Shown piece by piece: positions 19,490 through 27,432 of a DNA stretch of 30,065 bases (its first letter is position 1; each line of letters begins with the position of its first letter). The DNA comes from Pseudomonadota bacterium (GTDB taxonomy: Bacteria > Bdellovibrionota > FAC87 > UBA2466). Location of the stretch: contig JAYUGC010000096.1 in the NCBI GenBank assembly GCA_043767805.1, positions 1 to 30,065 of the forward strand, given 5' to 3'. Both the position numbers and the translations under genes were made by a program. The notes under the pieces were generated by a model that was not told the origin of the DNA, did no database searches, and worked only from the letters and a program-made list of their open reading frames with translations.

Positions 19490-20427
19490 GAGCGACGGAA
19501 TTCGTAATTCTCGTGAGTCTCTTATCAAGCTCGGCGTCCTTTGCCGAAAAAGACCATGACGGGGAGACGGTGCCGGGAAAGCCGGGGCGGATTGAAAATA
19601 CCGAGCGCGAGAAGAATAGAAAACCCGCGGTGATTGAGAACCAATACATTGAGTGTGGGAGCGACGGAAAGGTGACTAATCCCGTCCCCAAAAAACTCGA
19701 GCCCAATCAATTTATTCGCGCGATGATCGTGCGAGATCTTAAGGATATGTGGTCTCTCGCGTCGGAATCGGACGTCCAAATGGAGGGCGCCGCCGAATGC
19801 ACCACCGTTCTGACTGGTGCCGACAGTGAGCTACTTGGGCAGTACAGCTTGAGTTTCCAGAAGCAGTTTGAGTGCGCAGGTGATCCCCTTCGCCCGTTGG
19901 TTCCCGGACAACTGATTCCCGGAAAATCAAAGACTCATAAATCAATCCGGTACGTAGGGATTCTCCCGGAGAGAAAAGCCGATAACACGGGCCGAGTCGA
20001 GGAGACGAGAGACACAGGTCCAATTCAGTGGGTACCCACTCCCTGCGGGCTTCAAGACGAGGATACCGTCATAGCACTTAATAATCCGGAAGGCGCCGCC
20101 GTTATGAGGGGGTTCTCATTTAAAAGTAACTCTTGGGAATTGATAAGCGCGCACGAAGCGGACAAGTCGGCAGCAAGACTCCTTTCCGATCAGGCGAAAG
20201 AAAAAGGGCCCAATGCGGAAATGTCTCGACGATGCGTCAACTCTCTCTTGGGACGCATGAAACAAGATAAAAAGATGAAAGCTGGCGGAAATGTCGCTCC
20301 TTCGGAATCCGCCAGCCTACCAAAGGCAAAGAAGAAGAACTCCCTTGCTATGCCGAATGCCCAATCGAACGAGAATTCTTCGAGCATACAGCGTGAACAA
20401 GAAGCATACTTCGACGACTTCTTGTAG
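19486..20427 (+). CDS. Secreted hypothetical protein
   Basis: GGAGGT SD, ATGA overlap with the upstream gene, signal peptide ending ASFA, and several cysteines. Confidence 0.78.
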   Translation: MRATEFVILVSLLSSSASFAEKDHDGETVPGKPGRIENTEREKNRKPAVIENQYIECGSDGKVTNPVPKKLEPNQFIRAMIVRDLKDMWSLASESDVQMEGAAECTTVLTGADSELLGQYSLSFQKQFECAGDPLRPLVPGQLIPGKSKTHKSIRYVGILPERKADNTGRVEETRDTGPIQWVPTPCGLQDEDTVIALNNPEGAAVMRGFSFKSNSWELISAHEADKSAARLLSDQAKEKGPNAEMSRRCVNSLLGRMKQDKKMKAGGNVAPSESASLPKAKKKNSLAMPNAQSNENSSSIQREQEAYFDDFL

Positions 20428-20450
20428 CCGCGCTGAGAAAACCATATACT
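20422..20450 (+). promoter_or_regulatory. Candidate sigma70 promoter giving a leaderless transcript
   Basis: TTGTAG-N17-TATACT, then 7 nt to ATG 20458. No SD sequence. Confidence 0.45.
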
Positions 20451-20457
20451 GAACGCC

Positions 20458-20976
20458 ATGTGTCATCGTGGCGCTAAATTCTTTTTTGCACTTCTACTGG
20501 GGGCGGTACTCGCTCCTAGCTTAACTCGGGCTGGCGATAGGCCGGAAGCCGAGCCAGATCAGATTCAGCGTTCGGCGCCCAATCCCAAGTCTGACGAGAT
20601 TTATCTTGTCGTCAGATCCCGGCAGCCTTTCAGAGTCGTAAAGACTATCGATTTACCCAGTCGAGTCTATTTGAAGAAGTCGGTCATGCTGGGGAAATAT
20701 CAGGCCTTCATTACAACTCGACGAGGTACACTGACAACGCCCGAAAGATATCTCCTGACTGGTTCCGTGGTCCGCGGAGATCGGTTTGGCGGGGAAAAAG
20801 AAGCCTTTTACATTCTCGCTGAGGATGGCGGGTGGAAGAAGCTCCCGGGTTCCGGACGTTCCGAACGCTATTTCGTTAAGGATGATAATAAACTGGGTGC
20901 GGAGTCATCGATGACTCCCAGCGAGCAAGAGAGCGCACCGTCGTCCTCCGTCGCCTCCACTACAAACACCCATTAA
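20458..20976 (+). CDS. Secreted hypothetical protein
   Basis: Signal peptide MCHRGAKFFFALLLGAVLAPSLTRA, a beta-rich core and a Ser-rich tail overlapping the convergent gene. Confidence 0.7.
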   Translation: MCHRGAKFFFALLLGAVLAPSLTRAGDRPEAEPDQIQRSAPNPKSDEIYLVVRSRQPFRVVKTIDLPSRVYLKKSVMLGKYQAFITTRRGTLTTPERYLLTGSVVRGDRFGGEKEAFYILAEDGGWKKLPGSGRSERYFVKDDNKLGAESSMTPSEQESAPSSSVASTTNTH

Positions 20977-22246
20977 AAGCGTTCGACCTCAACCGGAACA
21001 ACTCATCCGGCCAAACCGACCCGTCGTAAGGAAAGACTAAGTCCTTATCCTGAAGGTCGCGGCTCAACGAAGCCTGCACGTTCTTCTGGGCGGCTCGTTT
21101 GAACTCCGTATCCTCCGCCACCTGATGCTTCCTCAAAATCTCCTGATGCAGCTCCACCTTCACGAAGCGCATCTTCACAATCGCCTCACGCAGCTCGGCA
21201 TTCGCGTTGCGCCACTGACGACGATACTCCTTCACCAGCACGCCCTTTAACCACGCCTGATTGGCCGCCAAGGCCTGCGCGCTCTCCGTCCAACCCAACG
21301 CCTTCACCGCCGCCACTTCCCTCTCCCGGCGCTCCAAGCCCCTCTCGACCATCGCCGTGTACCAATCGAGCTCCGGCGGCCGAGGCGGCGCGGCCAGGCG
21401 CGGCGCTTCTTCCATCGGCTTCGCCCATTTCTCGTTCACGCGGACGAAAGCGTCGAAATCCTTCTTCGAGTCCTCGTAATGACAAAGCTTCAAATTCGAA
21501 ATGGCGCGCACCACGTAAATCTCAGGCGCGAGCTTGTCCTCGAAAAACGGCAAAGTCAGTGACGCCAAGGTCCCCCGCAACCGCTCCGAGTTTCCTTTGC
21601 GCAGCCAAACCCACAAAAGCTCTTCCTGCGCCTTCAAGTACGAATTCGTACTGACCGGCACGAGCTCGTACCACTTCTCGGCTTCGTCCAAATCGCCGTA
21701 TTGATAATAAAGCCGCGCGAGCTGCAGAGTATTTTCCGAAAGCGTCTCCGCTTGAACCTTCTTGCCGGAAGCCGCCGCCGCTTCCACTTCCGTGCCGACC
21801 AAGCTAATCGCGGCCCGCACCATACCGTTACGCGCCATCGCCAAAGAGACCGAGCGCGCGAGCCGACCCCGCCAAGGATGCAACTTCGGCAAAGCGTCGA
21901 GAGATTCCTTCGCCGCAAGCCCGCGCCGAAACGACGTCCAAGCTTTCAAATGCCCGTACAAAGGCGTCTTCGGAAGCGCCGACACGATCTCTTCCTGCGC
22001 CGGCGTGAACAGAACCCCATTCTCTTCTAAAAGCGCGTCGATTCCCTTCTCGATCTCCGCCTCCAGAGCCGTCCCCTGCCCGCTCTTCTTCTTCAGGCTG
22101 ACGAGCCACTCATCGACAAACGTCTGCGCAAGCTGCTTGTTCCACAAACAAGCCAACCGCTCCGACCCCTGACAAAAAGCATCCGCCTGCGCTCCTTGTA
22201 CCTGAAACGCCAGACCGCAAAGGAGCAAAGAAAGGGACTTAAGCAC
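20960..22246 (-). CDS. Exported TPR protein, GltC-like
   Basis: GTG start after GGAGG and signal ending GAQA. TPR helices LQLARLYYQYGDLDEAEKWY, PEIYVVRAISNLKLCHY, and C-terminal FPYDGSVWPDEL, which resembles the GltC W-x-DEL tail. Confidence 0.72.
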   Translation of the reverse strand: MLKSLSLLLCGLAFQVQGAQADAFCQGSERLACLWNKQLAQTFVDEWLVSLKKKSGQGTALEAEIEKGIDALLEENGVLFTPAQEEIVSALPKTPLYGHLKAWTSFRRGLAAKESLDALPKLHPWRGRLARSVSLAMARNGMVRAAISLVGTEVEAAAASGKKVQAETLSENTLQLARLYYQYGDLDEAEKWYELVPVSTNSYLKAQEELLWVWLRKGNSERLRGTLASLTLPFFEDKLAPEIYVVRAISNLKLCHYEDSKKDFDAFVRVNEKWAKPMEEAPRLAAPPRPPELDWYTAMVERGLERREREVAAVKALGWTESAQALAANQAWLKGVLVKEYRRQWRNANAELREAIVKMRFVKVELHQEILRKHQVAEDTEFKRAAQKNVQASLSRDLQDKDLVFPYDGSVWPDELFRLRSNAFNGCL

Positions 22247-22934
22247 CCTCACCTCCAAAAACGAAGCCCAAAGAAGCATGGCCGACGAAATGATTCACAC
22301 GAGACGGACCGGTGCGAAGCGCCTCTTGAAAGTTATAATCTTTCAGGCCCACGCGGACACTCCAATGCCGGCCGAACCAAAATGCAAATCCCGCATCGGC
22401 GACAACCGCGAGTGAGTTCTGCTGTCCGATGCCGTTATCAGTGCGTACCATGCCGGCGCCCAACGCCCAGTACTGATCGAAGTAAAAGACCGAGTCCATG
22501 GAAAGCCGGAACTTTCCGTAAAAGAGATGGTACCCAAACGTCAGATCGCTTCTGAACTTAACGACTGCGACATCCGGGAAAATCTTCTCGTTATTCCATA
22601 GACGGTTGCCTTCCGCGCTAAGTGACGTAAAGACATGCGCGGCATGAAGACCCGTATAAAAACGATCCGTGAAGTAGAACCGCAAGTCCCCATGAATCTC
22701 ATCAGACGTCACGAAGCTCGAAGGGCTGAAGTTTTTGGAGCCGCCGATGTCGAGCTCGATCCGATGCTTTAACGACGAGTACCTTGATTGCGCCGCGTAA
22801 AACCGTTCCGCCGGAACCGGCGCGGTCTTCGTGTTGTCTTCGAGACGCAAGGTTTTGAGCTCCGTCTCGAGCGACGTCGTGGCCTGAACCGTCCAAGGCA
22901 AAGCCAAAGCGAGCCAGAGTAATGACAGTTTCAT
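22239..22934 (-). CDS. Outer-membrane beta-barrel of the myxobacterial/Bdellovibrio type (GltA/GltB-like)
   Basis: Signal ending TVQA, amphipathic aromatic-rich strands, and family-like motifs KHRIEL and FYGKF...FYFDQYWALGAG. Adjacent to the GltC-like gene. Confidence 0.78.
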   Translation of the reverse strand: MKLSLLWLALALPWTVQATTSLETELKTLRLEDNTKTAPVPAERFYAAQSRYSSLKHRIELDIGGSKNFSPSSFVTSDEIHGDLRFYFTDRFYTGLHAAHVFTSLSAEGNRLWNNEKIFPDVAVVKFRSDLTFGYHLFYGKFRLSMDSVFYFDQYWALGAGMVRTDNGIGQQNSLAVVADAGFAFWFGRHWSVRVGLKDYNFQEALRTGPSRVNHFVGHASLGFVFGGEGA

Positions 22935-23365
22935 TAACGCAACCTCTCCGATTTCGACCCCTCAAAAACCACGAGCACCGCCTTGCGGGTCACTACGTCC
23001 AAAGGATCGGAGCTCGCCCGCAAGTGAATCCGAATGGGGTACGTCGCGTATCCCGAAGACCCTGCCGCGGCTTTTGCCGAGCCGGCCGTTGGGCGCCAGC
23101 AGATTCGGTTTTGAGCAAATGTCGCCGACCCGGGAAGTCCTTCGACGGTCACGACCGCCGCGTTCTCCGGAACCTTGGCGAAGATGGCATATTCCGCCAG
23201 CTCCCCTTCGCGGAAGGCCATGACCTCCTCGAACCCCAGCTGATAGTCGTCGGGATTCTGACTCGGCTTGGCCGACATCAGGTTTCCCTTCGGGAACTCC
23301 AGCTGCTTGCCGCAACCCGCAACGACGATGGAAACGAAAAGCAATCCTAGGAATGATGCCTTCAC
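22934..23365 (-). CDS. Small lipoprotein with a putative Ig-like domain
   Basis: GTG 23365 after AAGGAG, lipobox VAGC, and VEGLPGSATF...ICWRPT resembling putative-Ig (He_PIG) repeats. Confidence 0.75.
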   Translation of the reverse strand: MKASFLGLLFVSIVVAGCGKQLEFPKGNLMSAKPSQNPDDYQLGFEEVMAFREGELAEYAIFAKVPENAAVVTVEGLPGSATFAQNRICWRPTAGSAKAAAGSSGYATYPIRIHLRASSDPLDVVTRKAVLVVFEGSKSERLR

Positions 23366-23387
23366 GGTTTCTCTCCTTACCTGAGGA

Positions 23388-25592
23388 TCAAGGCGCAGAC
23401 TGATAATGGACTTCTGCTTCTTCCTTGAGCCCCGTGGCAAATGACAGGTCCTGGAACACGATTGAATTGTCGCTAGCTTCGTAAATCCAATAGCCGCCCA
23501 CGCCGATGAGCCCCTCGGGGAGCTGCTGGCCTTTGTAGAACACCTTGATCGTGCCCGGGAGCGGCACGTTGGGCAGCATGATCTTTGGCGCGAACACGGC
23601 GCTCAAAATGATCTGCTTGGCTAAATCGAGTAGCGACTTGCCGAAGTCCTTGTCGCAAATGGGAAAGACTTTGCCCTTTGTTTCCGAAACGAACTCCTCG
23701 TACTTGCTGCCCTTGTAATCCCAGGCGTCGTCGGTGTTCTTACATCCCAAGTCCTTGGCGCCGAAGATGCCGTAGCCGAATACCGTCTTCAGATCGCCCT
23801 TTTTGCGCTCGAGATAACGCAGGAACTCATAGGCGGTCTCGGAGCTCTGCTCCGGAGCATCGGTAACGGTGATGATGGCAAGTCCCGCGCCGGGACGCAG
23901 GAAGTTCGGATTCTCGTCGAGCGTCTTCATTACGGGCTTAAACATCTGCTCGACGCTCGAGCCGCCGATTCCGAGTTTCTTAACGCCGTCGTTAAACGTC
24001 GCTACCGGCTGGGGCGAAAGATGCGACAGCACGTCCAAAGGCGTGAATCCGAGATAAGGCTTTTCCCTAACGTCGGTCGAGATAAGGCCCATCTTCCATT
24101 TCAGCGCCGTGATCTTCGTGTACTCGTTCATGAAGGCATCCATGTTATCCTTCACGGCCTGCTGATAGGGCGACATGCTCGCGCTATTGTCGATGACCCA
24201 AAGCATGTCGAGATCGTTGACGAGGGAGACGTCCTTCACGGTCTTGGTGATCACGTGCGACACGCTGATGCCGTAGCTCGCCTGACACGTCGCCTTCCCA
24301 AACGGACTGGTGACTTCGCCCTTGGCGATGAACTTACCCGAAGCTTTGGGATGGATGACGATTTTACCGGCGGGAGCCGTAATGGCCGTCTGATCGATTT
24401 TTGCCGAGACCACCCCGCCCGTCGAAGTCAGAGACAGCGTCACTTCCGCGCCAGATGCCACCAAAGGAGGCGTCGCCACCAAAGTGCAGCTCGGCGCGTC
24501 CACCACTTCGTACCTACCTTCGCACTTAGCCGAGCCACCTGGTCCGGTGACTTCGCCGACAGAAGTGAAGGAGCCGATGTTCATCGCCTGAATCATCTTC
24601 TGACCGACAGGCGAAGCAACACTCATGCCGTCGATGGTGCTCGCCGTGATATTGCCGACTCCGGTCAGAGTGAAAGTGAGAGAATTGCCCAAGGCCGTGG
24701 GAGTCGGCGCAGCGACAAGCTGGCAGCTCGGCGGCGGATCGAGAACTTGATAGTTCGCGACACAAGTTGCCTTACCGCCGGGGCCTTGCACCGCGGCCGT
24801 GACCGTGAACTTTCCCGGCAAAACGGGCTGAAGCGTCGCCTGGCCTTTAGGAAACGAAACGGAGTTGCCTTCAATGGTGGCGCCCGTGATTTTCCCGTTT
24901 CCTTCGACCTGTACGTCGAGCTTACCGCCCAAAGGCAATACGGCGGGGGAGACCGAGACTACGCACGTGGGCGCGCGGTCTCTGACCTCATAGGTCGTCT
25001 GACAAGTTCCCGTTCCTCCAGGACCGATGACCGTCGCGCTGATGGGGAAAACCCCCGCGGTATCCGTAGGAAGTTTCGCTTCGGCAATCGGAAAGGCCAA
25101 TTTGATGTGCCCGATGGCGGCGTCCGTCACTTTACCCGAGGTCTTAAGCTTTGCGACGAGCGGATCGCCCACCAGCGTGGAAGTAGGGCTCGCTTCGAGT
25201 ACGCAGGTCGGAGCGCGCTCCCGGATCTCATAAGAGAGCGAACAGCTGCTCGCGCCGCCGGGGCCGCGCACGATGGCTTCCGCGCGAAATCTACCCGCCG
25301 ATTGCGGCGTCCATTCCTTAAAGGTTTGATTGCGGGCGAGCGGCGTTTCATCGAGCCGCACTTCCGTTGCGTTGCCTGTCACTTCCACCGACAGACGTAG
25401 CGAATCGCCGACAAAAGGATCGGAAGCCGAAACCGAAAGACGGCAGGTGGGGCGTTTTTCTACCACGGGGGACTCTTGAACGCTGGCTTGCCAAGGATAA
25501 AGGAAGGGGGCTTGCCGGTTACATCCACTAAGAACGCATACCCAGAGAACCGCGTAGGTAAACCCGGATGCGGACCTAAGAAGCTGGCGTAT
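23388..25592 (-). CDS. Surface lipoprotein adhesin: five Cys-paired Ig-like repeats plus a C-terminal VWA domain (CglB-like)
   Basis: VWA MIDAS DMLWVIDNSASM and LAIITVTD. The frame extends upstream of the track start (25466) through a signal peptide with lipobox LSGC. The start is placed at ATA 25592 and is uncertain. Confidence 0.8.
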   Translation of the reverse strand: MRQLLRSASGFTYAVLWVCVLSGCNRQAPFLYPWQASVQESPVVEKRPTCRLSVSASDPFVGDSLRLSVEVTGNATEVRLDETPLARNQTFKEWTPQSAGRFRAEAIVRGPGGASSCSLSYEIRERAPTCVLEASPTSTLVGDPLVAKLKTSGKVTDAAIGHIKLAFPIAEAKLPTDTAGVFPISATVIGPGGTGTCQTTYEVRDRAPTCVVSVSPAVLPLGGKLDVQVEGNGKITGATIEGNSVSFPKGQATLQPVLPGKFTVTAAVQGPGGKATCVANYQVLDPPPSCQLVAAPTPTALGNSLTFTLTGVGNITASTIDGMSVASPVGQKMIQAMNIGSFTSVGEVTGPGGSAKCEGRYEVVDAPSCTLVATPPLVASGAEVTLSLTSTGGVVSAKIDQTAITAPAGKIVIHPKASGKFIAKGEVTSPFGKATCQASYGISVSHVITKTVKDVSLVNDLDMLWVIDNSASMSPYQQAVKDNMDAFMNEYTKITALKWKMGLISTDVREKPYLGFTPLDVLSHLSPQPVATFNDGVKKLGIGGSSVEQMFKPVMKTLDENPNFLRPGAGLAIITVTDAPEQSSETAYEFLRYLERKKGDLKTVFGYGIFGAKDLGCKNTDDAWDYKGSKYEEFVSETKGKVFPICDKDFGKSLLDLAKQIILSAVFAPKIMLPNVPLPGTIKVFYKGQQLPEGLIGVGGYWIYEASDNSIVFQDLSFATGLKEEAEVHYQSAP
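24264..25454 (-). repeat. Five tandem ~80-aa intragenic repeats, P(T/S)C...G...G(P)GG...C...Y
   Basis: Units begin RPTC, APTC, APTC, PPSC, APSC and end GPGGASSCSLSY, GPGGTGTCQTTY, GPGGKATCVANY, GPGGSAKCEGRY, SPFGKATCQASY. Boundaries are approximate. Confidence 0.9.
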
Positions 25593-25739
25593 ACCCCACC
25601 CCCGTCGCAGACTTAAAGCTTGTTTGGAAATTCAGAAATGGCCCCCACTCTCAATGGGTGCAAGGAAAGGCTACATTTCCGGGGAAGGAATTGTCAAAGG
25701 CGCTGCCTTTATTTTCTGAGCAGCGCGACAAAGCGAGAG

Positions 25740-25761
25740 CGTATTTTCGATCGAAAATACG
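25740..25761. promoter_or_regulatory. Perfect 22-bp palindrome (operator or hairpin)
   Basis: CGTATTTTCGATCGAAAATACG equals its own reverse complement. It is intergenic and upstream of the adhesin operon. Confidence 0.6.
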
Positions 25762-25771
25762 ACGACAAAGC

Positions 25772-25996
25772 TCAGATTCCGTAGTTTTTTTTCAGCCAAA
25801 GACCAAAAGCGCAAAGTCCGAGCCCGGCCGCCCAAAAACGCCAATCGTTTTGACTGAGCAGAGGTAAGCCGAGGCCGATACCCATGAGTAAATCGGGACC
25901 GTTCTTCTCCCTAAAAGCGCGCCAGCTGAGCCAGCTCGATAATAGGGAGAGAACGATCGCGATTATGAGTACGAAAGGATGAGCGGTGATTCCCAT
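25772..25996 (-). CDS. Small integral membrane protein (74 aa)
   Basis: Two to three hydrophobic segments, AGGT upstream of the ATG, and it fills an otherwise empty gap. Confidence 0.65.
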   Translation of the reverse strand: MGITAHPFVLIIAIVLSLLSSWLSWRAFREKNGPDLLMGIGLGLPLLSQNDWRFWAAGLGLCAFGLWLKKNYGI

Positions 25997-26110
25997 GCGC
26001 TACCTGTCGTGAGCAAAATGTGGCGAGGCATGCCCTCGATTGTCATCTGAGGCGAAGCTGGCGTAAAGCAAAGCTCTTCTCTCCTACCTACCCTCATCGA
26101 GTAACCAAAC

Positions 26111-26138
26111 TAACGCTCCGCCCTGAATCGTCCGATAA
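26111..26138 (+). promoter_or_regulatory. Candidate sigma28 (FliA)-type promoter
   Basis: TAAC-N16-TCCGATAA versus consensus TAAA-N15-GCCGATAA, 15 nt before ATG 26154. Confidence 0.5.
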
Positions 26139-26153
26139 GAAATCAGGGACTCC

Positions 26154-27290
26154 ATGAAGCCAGGCTTACCTAAATTCTACGAGCGTAATCGAAGCGTTCG
26201 AAATCTCTTCAGCCTGCGTATCGCCGGCATCCTCACCGTCGCCTTCTATCCCACCTTTTGGATCCTCGATTGGTTCGTGATTCCCGATCACGTGGTTCTC
26301 AGCGGCGTCCTGAGAGCGATCTGCAGCCTCTACGGCGGTTTCTTGATATGGGGTAGCTACCATCAAAAAAGATGGATGAGAAAAAACTGCCGCCCTCTCA
26401 CTTACGGACTAGGGCTCTCCCTCATCTGGTCGATTTCCATCATGTGCTGGGTTCACGTGGGTCTCGAGTCTCCTTACTACGCGGGCATCAATACCGTTCT
26501 CATCGTCATGACTTTGATGTTCTCATGGACCCGCAATGAAGCCGCCCTCTTTCACGCTCTGGTATACGGCTTTTACATTTCCCCGCTCGTTTTCGGCCTG
26601 CTCAAAGTGCACGACGTTCCCGCGATGCTGGGCAATCAGTTCTTCTTACTGACCACCCAGATCCTCACCTTTTTGTCCCAGGACCGCCGAGTCACAATGG
26701 AAATCAGGGAACTCACTCAGCGTAGGACCCTGCGGGGCTATCTCTCCCACATGAGAAAGCTCGCCACGACGGATGTCCTGACTAGCCTATTCAACCGGCG
26801 GCATCTGCTCGACTTGGGAGAGCGTGAGTTCAAGCGCTGCCTTCGCTACCAGCGCCCCTTCTCGGTGATTATCGCCGATATCGACTGGTTCAAAAAGGTC
26901 AACGACAACCACGGCCACCGGGTCGGCGACGAAGTCATTCAAGGCATCGCCAAGATCTTGAAAGCGAACGTTCGCGCGATCGACATCGTAGGCCGCTACG
27001 GGGGCGAAGAGTTCTTGATTCTCCTTCCCGAGACCGACTCCAAGCTCGCCGTCCAGGCGGTTTGCGCGCGCATTCAAAAAGCCCTGAAAGACAATTCCCT
27101 TACCACTTCGGTAGGCCAGTTGAAGGTCACTCTCTCCTTGGGAGTCTCAGACAACACGGAAGAAAAAGTCGAGCTACCTCTTCTCATCCATCGAGCCGAC
27201 GTCGCGCTCTATGAAGCCAAGCGCTCGGGCAGGAATCGCGAAGTGAGCTGGAGCCGTGAGATGGAAACAAAATCCACTCTCGCCGCTTAG
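26154..27290 (+). CDS. Membrane-bound diguanylate cyclase (GGDEF)
   Basis: About 6 N-terminal TM helices, TDVLTSLFNRR, DIDWFKKVND, I-site RAID, intact RYGGEEF, and ADVALYEAK. Confidence 0.94.
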   Translation: MKPGLPKFYERNRSVRNLFSLRIAGILTVAFYPTFWILDWFVIPDHVVLSGVLRAICSLYGGFLIWGSYHQKRWMRKNCRPLTYGLGLSLIWSISIMCWVHVGLESPYYAGINTVLIVMTLMFSWTRNEAALFHALVYGFYISPLVFGLLKVHDVPAMLGNQFFLLTTQILTFLSQDRRVTMEIRELTQRRTLRGYLSHMRKLATTDVLTSLFNRRHLLDLGEREFKRCLRYQRPFSVIIADIDWFKKVNDNHGHRVGDEVIQGIAKILKANVRAIDIVGRYGGEEFLILLPETDSKLAVQAVCARIQKALKDNSLTTSVGQLKVTLSLGVSDNTEEKVELPLLIHRADVALYEAKRSGRNREVSWSREMETKSTLAA

Positions 27291-27373
27291 GGTAAGCGCT
27301 CCACCGAAAACGGCTTCGTCTCGTACTCTACCGGCGCGGGCGGCAACAAGAGCTCCCAAACCACCCGATTCAT
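27287..27373 (-). CDS. Possible 28-aa small ORF or gene remnant divergent from lysR
   Basis: ATG 27373 to TAA 27287 encodes MNRVVWELLLPPAPVEYETKPFSVERLP. No SD and no recognised homology. Confidence 0.25.
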   Translation of the reverse strand: MNRVVWELLLPPAPVEYETKPFSVERLP

Positions 27374-27432
27374 TACTATTGATAATTAGAATGTTTCGAA
27401 TAGAACTGTTCTGCCAAACCGAAGGACTAGCC

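Noticed and set aside
24021..25400. 459-aa plus-strand ORF
   Set aside because: Arg-rich antisense shadow of the VWA adhesin, typical of GC-rich DNA.
25659..25674. Possible sigma54 site upstream of the adhesin operon (minus strand ...CCTTGCA)
   Set aside because: There is no GG at the -24 position.
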